NCBI RefSeq assembly: GCF_964204645.1
Contig: NC_134033.1
Coordinates: forward strand, 3,678,131 to 3,742,130
Direction: 5' to 3'
DNA from: Tubulanus polymorphus
Lineage: Eukaryota; Animalia; Nemertea
DNA length: 64,000 nucleotides
Under the pieces are notes generated by a model, which saw only the letters and a list, made by a program, of their open reading frames with translations, made no database searches and had not been told where the DNA came from. How positions within the stretch are numbered: position 1 is the stretch's first letter; each line of letters opens with the position of its first letter. Shown piece by piece: positions 1-11,000 of this stretch. The translations under genes were made by a program, and so were the position numbers.

Positions 1-1244
1 TTAGAATTTAAAAGGCGTGCGAATTGGTCTGGTAATCTCCAAAAACGAGGGTGGATGAATTTTAGACGTAGATCCGAAAAATATGTACAATTTAATAGAA
101 AATGTTTCTCGTCACCAACAACATTAGCTTGGCATTTGACGCAGTATCGATTTTCCCTGGCAACACCCTGGTATCTACCTAACTCTATTGGCAATTTATG
201 ATTAGAGCATCTAAATCTGCACATTAAGGCAATTCTCGAATCTTGTGGCAAGCTATTAAGGTAATTTTCGTAGCCCCAATCTACTAAATTTGTATGTTGA
301 GGCACCCGGACTTTCTTTAACTTTACCTTGCCAATTTTGGATATATCGATCTCTAATCCTTTGTTGTATTAAGGTTTTGAACAAATTTACATTTACTACT
401 GACTGGTCAATCCAAAAATGACCTAAGCCAATAGTTTCTCACAGATTCTGTATATACATAATCCACTGATTTGAGTTACCCCTCAAATGTGATCTATATA
501 AATAGCGATACATCATAGACGACATATTATTTTCATCATTCACTAGTTTTGCCCAAAAGTTAAGCATACGTATCTTAATAGTAACCTCCAGGGGAAAACG
601 ACCCAGTTCCCCATATACAAATATACTGGGGGTCGACCTTCTCAACTTTAAAAGATATTTACAAAAAGAGAGATGCACCTTTTCCAATATCCCTAGATTT
701 TCGTGCCCCCATACTTCAGAACAAAATGATAAAACAGATATGACCATTGGGTCAAATAATTTTAGGGCAACGTCTATATCTAATGAATGCTCCTGTACTT
801 TCTTAAGAACAAAGAAAGAGGCTTTCGTAGCTTGCTCAGACAAACTCTTGCGACATTTGGCAAATGTCCCGTTATAGGCAAACAGGATGCCCAGGTACTT
901 AAATCTATCGACAATTTCGATGATTTTATCACCAATGTGGAACTCCGGCGTCCTTCTGGTTTTCCTTTTTTGGAAAATGACCGCTTTAGTTTTTCACAAT
1001 TAATTACTTATTTCCATTGTTTACAATATACAATTAGCTGGTCTATCATACATTGAAGCCCTTCCGGACTGTCAGCCACCATAACCATATCGTCTGCGTA
1101 CATAAAAAAAAATAATCTAAACCATAGCTCAACTTGGCCATCATCGGCAAAAAAAACTTAGTGAAGGGCAATTATTATCCTGTAAATGCTGTTGCAGGTC
1201 GTTTACATATATGGAAAAGAGTACCGGGGACAAATTTTCGCCTT
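1..1244 (-). mobile_element. Decayed non-LTR retrotransposon (LINE): RT domain and C-terminal Cys/His region, 5'-truncated
   Basis: The minus strand reads GENLSPVLFSIYVNDL (~1197-1243) and FMYADDMV (~1083-1105). ORF 439..843 (KLFDPMV..VLSFCSEVWG..VYGELGRFPL) follows, then CRFRCSNHKLPIE and C-x2-C...GDEKHFLLNC near 90-240. Frameshifts are present and the element runs off the window start. Confidence 0.9.
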
Positions 1245-1261
1245 TTGTGAAATACAGTAGG

Positions 1262-1400
1262 TTCAGTGCGGTTACAAAATTATCGGGCGGCAATTGTCCG
1301 CCGGTTTAAAAGTAATCCTCTTTACCATGAAATACGGATGGTAAGATCATCGAAGCGCGAAATTGGTGACAAAAGCCACGATTCCGAGGGACGCAGTTTC
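1262..1400 (-). pseudogene. Unprocessed fragment of ESD exon 7 plus intron 6
   Basis: Aligns by eye to 9245-9385. Translates GKEDYF*TGGQLPPDNFVT versus the functional [19 protein letters not shown]. The acceptor CAG is mutated to CAT and the intron sequence is retained. Confidence 0.85.
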
Positions 1401-1654
1401 TTCTCATGAGCAATTTTCTCGTTCCCGATGCGTTCGTTGGATGGCTCGCTATATAGCTTAAAAACTGATAAAGATGATTGAAAATTGTAGAAAGCATACA
1501 AAACTACATATAATGATCCTGCAAATTTCAAAAATCCGATCGAATCATGAGCTATTGAATGAGATGAACAATGATTGAAGTATATCTATCGAGAATATGC
1601 TATCAATGCTTATTATATCGTCATTAGCGTGCATCGTTGCAGTAAGCCGATAAC

Positions 1655-1866
<212 letters not shown>

Positions 1867-2651
1867 GTTTCTCGTTTTGGCTGAATTTATTGTGGGATTT
1901 CTCTCGTTGCAGTAAATATTCAAATAAGTGACGTCATATATAAAAGGTAATTATCAGCTGGTTCGATCGATATTTTCAGTTCGTGTCTTTCTGCATTTTA
2001 TACTGTAGAGATATGAACGAAATAGAATAATAGATCCGAAAAAATCCAACGATGCGTACCCCAGCGGGTACCCCAGAAACACGACGCCTGGTAATTGTAA
2101 AAAAGGCTGGCTCAAGTCCATTGACACTGATGGCTGGCTCAATTAAGTCCTGTGAAACTGAAAGTTCAAAAATGCAAAACTCATTCATTTCAATTCATAT
2201 CATCGTCATTTATTGCGTGAAATTTACATTAAATCAATATTGTTCCAAACCGGTCTCATTTTGTAACCCAAATAAAGAATATTCTGAAACTGTGGACCTA
2301 ACTTTTTTTATTTTAGATGACGAATTTTCACAAATAACATCATTATCATTTATTGAGCGGAATGTCCATATTGTTGAATGCTGCTAAAACTGTCAAAATC
2401 CATCAAATCAGGGACAGATGAAATATGATACAACACGCATCACAAATAGTTTTTAAAAAGGAGAAAAATGACCCAACCATACAGGACAAAAGTACACTAA
2501 CAAAATGGCGGCTAGCAACTGTAAAATGGTTTAGCATGGAAAGGGTTAATTCGGGTAAATCGGTCACATTTTGTAACTAATATTTGAAGCCACGCGGCTC
2601 CTTATCAAATCATATGTTGATGTTTTTTTTTGTTTTTCTTCGCTGTCGGGT

Positions 2652-5600
2652 TCAATAATACCAGACTTCTGCTGCAAGATTATCCAGCACAGCACCCTGA
2701 CTTGAACGAACACGGAACATTGTATGGTCTGCCATCCCCTCGGCGATATCCTTACGCTGACTGTATGATACGCGCGCGTCGTTAACGTACAAATCCCCGT
2801 TAACGCATCTCAACGAAACCCATTTCTTTTTTACCCATGAATACTTATCGATTTTATATATCAGTAATTGTTTAGCTGGGAATTTGACACACTGGATAAA
2901 AGCAAATTGGCGTTGGAATATTAAGTACTTCTTCAAATAAATCATTATCGCGCCGCTGTCAAGGCATGAAAGTGAAATCGAGTAGTTTTTCAAATAAATT
3001 TCATCCGTTACGTCACCGAAATGAAAAGAAAGATCGCGATTCGACGCTACAGTTTGGCTGCCATCGACCCCTTCGACCAGTTCGAGTTTCATGTTGTTTC
3101 GTCTGGCATCACGCGCTGTTATATTGGCTCCCTCTCCGAACACGATTCCGCGTTCAGCGTCAACTTTCTCGAAATCGAAGAAACAACGAAGTTTGCACAA
3201 TTTTGGTTTCACGGTTGCAACAGCTGAAATAAAGGAAAACGTAGATAGTATCGTTCTGAAGACATGCTATGTAAATGTGGTTGGGCGGGCGAGACGTTTG
3301 CTTCCCAGGCTTGTGGGTTCGAATCCTGCTGCATAGTTCGGTAGATTGTTATTTGTCATGTGTGTAATTCTTTTTGTTCAATAGCAGGGGCGGATCTATC
3401 CTGCCGCTGCTACCGCTTGAGCGTTACTCGCGTTTGTAGAATTGCCCTTCTATTTTTTGAGTTCTGGTAGAAGTCATTAAAAAGGACTCATAAAAAGTCC
3501 GAGCTCATAAAAATAAAAAATAAATTCTCGCACGCTCGAATTTATTTTTATTTTCTAATCACTCTCCCCTTCAACCTTTGATCTAGAACAACATATATAC
3601 AATTACTCTAATAATTCCATATATTAAAAGTGTGAGTAAAATGTTAGCATAATAGTTTAGATAAATATAGATTTCGAATAATAAAAAATTTTAAACATAA
3701 AAAGTGTGAGTAAAGTGTGAGTGAAGTGTGAGTAGTGCAAACATAAAAAGTGTGAGAAAAAAGTAACGAGTAATTAACGAGTTGTTAGAATTAAAATCAA
3801 TTTGACTAGAATTGGATAAGAATTATAATAAACCAACTAACTTAGTATCACTCTTAAATCACTCTAGTTAAATGTAAAGAATTAAAATATCATACATGTA
3901 TATGAATAACTTAAGTTTTTTTAATTTGAATTATATAATTTTTCATATTATTCACTTGAGAACGAAAACGTGCAGTTTTAATCAAATCTTTATTAGGAAT
4001 GAAATTTTTAATTGTATAATATTTTTCTAATTCATTTAAATCAATATCTTTGAATTGTAGTATCTGTTCATTCATTTATTAGTCATTTTTTATTAAAATT
4101 GATATTTTCATCAACTCGTTAATTAGTTAATTACTCGTTAGTCTTTATATTTAAAAATTTGATTAATTTACTCGTTATTTACTCGTTAGTTTTTTGTATT
4201 AATATATATAATTATTTCTCTATATTTGGGCTTATTAATTTATATTATTTCACTCACACTTTTATGTTAAAAATTGATTTTAATTCTAACAACTCGTTAA
4301 TTACTCGTTACTTTTTTCTCACACTTTTTATGTTTGCACTTTACTCACACTTTTTATGTTTAAAACTGATTTTTTATTCGAAATCTTTATTTATCTAAAC
4401 TATTATGCTAACATTTTACTCACACTTTTAATATATGGAATTATTAGAGTAATTGTATATATGTTGTTCTAGATCAAAGGTTGAAGGGGAGAGTGAGTAG
4501 AAAATAAAAATAAATTCGAGCGTGCGAGAATTAATCTTTTATTTTTTATGAGCCCGACCGTTTGACCTTTGATCTAGAATGACATATATACAATTACTAA
4601 TTTGAATAATCGAAACTGGTTAACTTATTAATTTATTATCATTATCTTATTTAACAGGTCGAAATGCAATATATGTTTTGCTGTTGCATAGAAGTATAGA
4701 TTTGATGCCCCAAATGCTTAGATTTCATGTCAGATTCCTAGATATTCAAAATTATCTACGATAACGATAAGGTGCCCTTCGCCACAGCTGAGCAGTACTC
4801 ATAAACCTAGGTGCGTCCCTGCAGTCTATATTGCTATATTGCTATATATTCTATATTGCTATATTGCTAGTCTATATTGCTAGTCTATATTGCTAGTCTA
4901 TATTGCTAGTCTATATTGCTATATTGCTATATTTTCTAGTGGAAATGGGTTTGCATTATGGGCAAAGGACTTACCTGTTGTCATAGCCGTGGAACTACTG
5001 CTGCTGCTGCTGGTGCTGCTGCTGGTGCTGCTTCTGCTGCTGGTGGTGGCGGTGGTTGGTCCATCATTACTCTTCTGAAACGAACACGAATAATGAGGAA
5101 TGATCAAGGAAATCATTGCGCGCATTCGCCTCAGAAACATGAGCGCAATACTGTGGTTCTCAAGGAACCAAATTGAAATTTGCAATGATACAATTAAAAC
5201 CCGCAATTCTAAAAATTAAACACACAATTTTTTTAATCGAATCAAAAATGCATTTTTCTGTTTTTGATTTTTTGGAATTGATAAATACATTTTAATCGCT
5301 TTTAATCTTTTGATTCCTATATAACGGACTCCTATTATTCAGGTTTAATTCATTTCAAGTTTGCAAAATAGTAATTTAATGAACCTACCTTGTAGTACTT
5401 GGTTTTGCCGTTCGCGGTGCTGCACGCGTTGTCAGCGTTGACGTCATACAGGTAACAATGCCCTCCGTCGAACGACATCGCCGAACATTTCTGATCGTTC
5501 ATACAATCAGCTCCGCACTCGACGACGCTGCGAACGTTTCTGTTTGCGATCACGCGGTTTATTTTCGCCCAGTTTTCTGGGTTTTTCTCGCCGCGTTTGT

Positions 5601-5715
5601 CGCCTCCCGAACATTCTGGCAGTCGAGTGAATTGTTGAAAGCGGAACTCGGCGAAAACCTCATCGGCGACGACGAGACAGAAAACACCGACCAGTAAAAT
5701 GTTGATCGCGTTCAT
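2652..5715 (-). CDS. Secreted protein: signal peptide, PAN/apple domain, Ser/Thr linker, divergent LamG/ConA-like domain (~332 aa, 3 exons)
   Basis: Exons 5715-5389 (MNAINILLVGVFCLVVA.., ECGADCMNDQKCSAMSFDGGHCYLY = PAN pattern), 5074-4975 (KSNDGPTTATTSSRSS..) and 3223-2652 (ORF 2652..3212). All introns are GT-AG and phases 0/1 join in frame. The last exon has CFFDFE, LVEGVDG, W..L....LYVND and LDNL, resembling LamG-3/pentraxin motifs (inference). Confidence 0.8.
3501..4555. mobile_element. AT-rich foldback element with ~300-bp inverted arms
   Basis: 3501-3803 is the reverse complement of 4271-4555 (e.g. ttctcgcacgctcgaatttattttta / taaaaataaattcgagcgtgcgagaa). A related terminus occurs at ~48175-48262. 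Confidence 0.85.
4823..4932. repeat. Tandem repeat of ATATTGCT / AGTCTATATTGCT units
   Basis: Seen directly. Confidence 0.9.
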
Positions 5716-7046
5716 GATCGTGTAATGTTGAATGTGGCGGATGACACCAAATACTGATAGCAACAAAAAATCTAGGCCCACCCCTTGATTAATGTACCGA
5801 TTTCGTCAGATACGCATTGAAATCTTATTGGCTCTTTTGATTAAAATCAGTTCCATATTTCAACACTACCCGAATGTATCTCTAGAGTAGATGAAACATG
5901 CTACATGTCTAAATCTGATTGGTCCAACAACGCCTCTTCATAGCTCGTGTTGTTCAAATTTCTAAAATCCGATTGCCTGAATTTATCCCCTGTGAACTAA
6001 ATCGTTTAGTATTATCAAAACTTGAAATGAAAACATTTTTACTAAAATAGAAAACGTGACAAAGAAAATACCGGACCTAAACAATGAAAACTATAAAAAT
6101 AAGCCTCTTTCTTAAATGATTAAACACGCGTTTCGTACTATCAACAACTTCAAACGAAAGCGGCACCCGCAAAGAATATTCATCGATTCTTTTCTAAACA
6201 GGATTTCCTTGCTGTTCAACTCGGTGAAACTTGCAAAACGGAACAGACGGATTCTGAATTGAAAGATAGAGCTTTCAGTATGAATCGAGTTGATCGGGTT
6301 CGACGTCTGTGAAGAAGGTGGTTTTTCTCGTCCTCACAATATTTCCCCCGCAGTCAAAACATTAGTCTGAATCGAACCATGGACTCTAAAACGTTTTAAT
6401 ACCCAGTCCATGAATGAGCAATGCGAATGTAGAGAACTGATTACGAATTAACTTTTGTTTCGTTACAATGATTCCAGTGTTTGAAGCTGGTAAGTATTGC
6501 CCTGTAGCCAAAACCAATCATCTAACGATGGGATACTCATTGAGATAATTGGTCGTAGCCAAAACATTACCAAATCAACAAACATTGTATGCATGTATTA
6601 ATAGAGGATTCGATGGATTGATTTTTTTTCTGTATAGACAAGCATCGTGCGATGACCCCGTGCTAAACACCTCTCAGGCCCGTAGCTTGCTATGTCTTTG
6701 AGTTTGATTTTAAATCAAGTAGAACTTTTTTGTTGAAAGCGGAACTTTTTTAAAACGCTCACGCAAATTTCGGGTCGTGTAGGAAATTTTAGAAAATTAG
6801 ATGCAATTTCACCGCGACTTTAAGCATATTTAGAGTGAAAATGTTGCTTCTTTTTCATAAAATCTAGCCACTTAATCAACCAAGTTTGGAAGCATGTGAA
6901 TATTTCGAACAAACATTTATGAAAAAATGTTACCAATGAGCGAATCTTTTGATTTTGAAGCTCAATTATTTTAGGGTCGGCATCTGGTTGGAACTTCGTC
7001 AGTGGTTCGTTCTTTTCACGCGCTAAGTTTTTTTTGTCGTCTGCTA

Positions 7047-7242
7047 GTTTGTTTGTTTGTTTGTTTGGCTTTACGTCGCTTGGATCTTGGATTCCCAAGA
7101 CTAGTCCTAATGGATTATTCATTTAACTTCACGACGGGACGGGCTTTGAAGTGTTTCCCGCACACAGCAGTACTCCGAGAACCCACTTGTCACTCGGTAC
7201 TGGATAGTGCAGCACGCCTTATCCCACTGAGCTACTGAGGCC
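7047..7242 (-). mobile_element. tRNA-derived SINE with (AAAC)n tail
   Basis: The minus strand starts GGCCTCAGTAGCTCAGTGGGATAAGGCG (A-box-like) and ends GACGTAAAGCCAAACAAACAAACAAAC. Confidence 0.7.
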
Positions 7243-8036
7243 GTATTTCTACTAAGCCCGTGTGATTCCGACTGGTCGAGTCGGCGGGTCAATCCAAATC
7301 TGATGCGAAATTAAAATAGAATCAATAAAACCGTACATATTTCTTACAGAAAATCAGATTATTAATAATTTAATACGGTGATGTTTTCACTAGTAGCACA
7401 TATCAATTTATGGAGACTTACAATAAAAAATTCATTTAACATGATTCGATTTTATTCGAGACGCAATTGAGACGGTAAGATTCGCGTTAACCCTTTCCGT
7501 GCGTCTGCACCGCAGTACGGTGCATACATCGGTGACTAAGCTACTACATCGCACTGCGGCATATTGGTTTACTAATTAGTGTTCCTTCTATTGAAAGATG
7601 GCAGCACCTGTCAAACACAGTTAAATACTAGTAACTAATAATACACCGCACAACGGTGTAGACGTACTGTAGCAGGATGCCTGTTAGACAACACACTGGG
7701 GCCGAATTCTTTTTGATTTTGAATTATCTCCACCCTTTTAGGGTATTGTTTAGTCTGACATTTTTGGTTGGGCCAAATTCGACCTGTCGACCAGGAACGC
7801 ACCAATTTCGGCGCCAGTCTGAACCAACGTTTAGCCCGGGTCTGCAACAGGCCAAATTTGACCTGGCCAAAAACATTCGTTTGATCGCGACTTTCGTAAC
7901 CGTCGTTATACCAAACTACCAGATGTTATTTTGCAACGCGTGAGTTCATTCGAAAAGTCTATTCAGTTGCGCTCAGCGGTGAATCCTCGAATCAAATATT
8001 TGACGGGGGTTCGGGTCGGCCTTCTTCGAGACGGTT

Positions 8037-11000
8037 TTAAGCGTTCAGCACTCTCGCGTGATGACTTACGTGTTCTTCCATAAACGTTGCGATAAAAAAG
8101 TAACTGTGATCGTAGCCCTGAAAATGGAATCATTTTTTAAGACTGGTGATCTCTTACTGCGGTGAACTTTACACTCTCTTTACATTCTACCTCGCGCTAG
8201 TGTCAAATACCGAGTAGGAGTTTGTGAAATACAGTAGACTCTGTCTCTTACTGCGGTAAAGTTGAGACTGGTAAAATTCTACCCCGAGTCGGTGTCAAAT
8301 ACTGAGTAAGAGTTTGTGAAATACAGTAGACTCTGTCTCTTACTGCGGTAAAGTTGAGACTGGTAAAATTCTACCCCGAGTTGGTGTCAAATTCTGAGTA
8401 AGAGTTTGTGAAATAGAGTAGACTCTGTCTCTTACTGCGGTAAAGTTGAGACCGGTCAAATTCTACCCAAGTTGGTGTCAAATTCTGAGTAAGAGTTTGT
8501 GAAATACAGTAGACTCTGTCTCTTACTGCGGTAAAGTTGAGACTGGTAAAATTCTACCCCGAGTTGTTGTCAAATTCTGAGTAAGAGTTTGTGAAATACA
8601 GTAGACTCTGTCTCTTACTGCGGTAAAGTTGAGACTGGTAAAATTCTACCCCGAGTTGGTGTTAAATACTGAGTAAGAGTTTCTGAAATACAGGGCTCGG
8701 TTTCACAAAAAAGTTTAACTTTTAACATTTTTAGTGCAATTGCCATTGGTTACTTCATGTTTTCAGTGAGGACAACAATTCGAACTTACCTGATTTCAGC
8801 TTTAAAACTTTTTCATGAAACCGACCCAGCAGAATATGTTCCTAACTCAGTTTTAACCCTTTCAGTGCTGACTAATAAATTAATACCCTATTAGTGCTGG
8901 AGATAATTTGAAAATTTTAAAAAATTCCACACTTGCGTGTTGAATAACGGGAATACCACTATAGTGCGTCTACACCGCGGCGCGGTGTATCATTAGTTAC
9001 TGGTATTTCACTATGTTTGACAGGTGCTGCCATCTTTTAATAGAGATAAAATCTAATTACTAATTACATCAATACACCGCAGTGCGGTGGACTAGCAAAA
9101 TACATCACCGATTCGTACACCGCACTGCGGAGTAGACGCACTGAAAGGGTTAAGTTGTATCAGGTTGAGTCGAGGGAATAAAACGCTTTTTTTATGAACT
9201 CACCTCTTCCATCTTAAGAATAACGGGGGCTTTCGCCTCTGCACAGGCGGCTACGAAATTATTGGGCAACAATTGTCCGCCGGTCAAAAAGTTGTCCTCT
9301 TTACCCTGAAATTACGGATGGTAAAAGATTATCGAAGCGCGACGTCGGCGACGAACGCCGCGATTGCGACGGGCGCCGTTTTTTACCTGTGACACGAGCA
9401 CGTCAAACGGCAGTCCGCCGTATTTCTTCACGAGACACGAGGCGTCATACTCCTGAAAATAGAAAACATCACGACGAAATCTGAATCATTCGATCATCAT
9501 AACTTCCAATTCCTGCAAAGTATATCATTATGAATGGTGTATAAACTTAAAGAGATTTTAAGCCCTAGTAAGAACCAAAATGAGTTTAGACGGGTCTCTA
9601 GTTGTTAGATTGGTTATAGAACCAAGATGAGCGTAGACTGGTCTTAAGTTGTTAGATTGTCTATAGAACCAAAATGAGCTTAGACTGGTCTTAAGTTGTT
9701 AGATTGTCTACAGAACCAAAATGAGTTTAGACGGGTCTCTAGTTGTTAGATTGGTTATAGAACCAAGATGAGCGTAGACTGGTCTTAAGTTGTTAGATTG
9801 TCTATAGAACCAAAATGAGCTTAGACTGGTCTTAAGTTGTTAGATTGTCTATAGAACCAAAATGAGCTTAGACTGGTCTTAAGTTGTTAGATTGTCTATA
9901 GAACCAAAATGAGCTTAGACTGGTCTTAAGTTGTTAGATTGGTTATAGAACCAAAATGAGCTTAGACTGGTCTTAAGTTGTTAGATTGTCTATAGAACCA
10001 AAATGAGCTTAGACTGGTCTTAAGTTGTTAGATTGTCTATAGAACCAAAATGAGCTTAGACTGGTCTTAAGTAGCTTAGATTGGTTATAGAACCAAAATG
10101 AGCTTAGACTGATCTTAAGTTGTTAGATTGTCTATAGAACCTAACTCAGCTGGGACCAGTCTTAAGTCGTAGTTAATTGGTTATAGAACCGAAGTGAGCT
10201 TGCTAAGACTGCTTTTAGGGCATATGCCATCAAAATTTCACATGACCAGATTCAGAAAAGCTTCCAATAGGATAAAAGACCCGATGAAATGTCTAGTGAA
10301 ATGACTGCGAACTTTTGTCAGAGATCATGTCAGAAACGCGCACCAGCTTACATGCAGGTAATAACAGTGAACACATGCCGAAATTGCCGATTTAAAAGCG
10401 GTAATGACTGAACTATAATTCAAACCAGTTGCATATTCGATATTTGTGAATACATCAAATTTGAAAATACATTTTACACAGGATTCTATTTTTATGGCAT
10501 ATGCCCTTTAAAGGAATCAAGGAGTCGTAGGGACACTACGTATTATCTAGAACTTTCCTTACCTTCCACGCTTCCTTGTTATCTCCGAGGTAGCCGGCGA
10601 ACGCCTTCAGGCCCCACGGGCACTCGGTCGGGTTACAGATCGGCGCGAATGCCGACACCGAATTGTATTTGCCCGGATTTTTCAGCGCGCAAATCAACGC
10701 GCCGTGACCGCCCATGCTAGAAAATAGAATTTCACTAGGATTTAGAAATTCGATTTTTCGGCGTAAACTAGGCCTATAACTTTAATCGACGGTCAACTTT
10801 TTTCTTCAAATGATAATATCGTAACTATTACCAGTATTTCATATACAAACTATAAAGATTTCAGTGATACAAATGAATTCATAGTCAGAAGTCTCTCACC
10901 TGTGGCCGAATATCGACTGTTTGCCGATTGCAACGGGAAAATTTTCATTGATCAAAGCCGGTAACTAGAAAATAAGAACAAGATGATGATGTTGAATAAA

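Noticed and set aside
2652-3212. IL-1-like beta-trefoil cytokine (FIQCVKFP resembles FESAxFP)
   Set aside because: Only one weak motif matches. The ORF is the last exon of a signal-peptide protein and fits LamG-like motifs better.
6202-6488. Plus-strand exon bounded by AG and GTAAGT
   Set aside because: Stops in the frames examined and no partner exons found.
9571-10200. Regular arrays here and at 19865 and 24810 as CRISPR arrays
   Set aside because: The units are head-to-tail with no unique spacers, no cas genes are present, and the context is eukaryotic introns.
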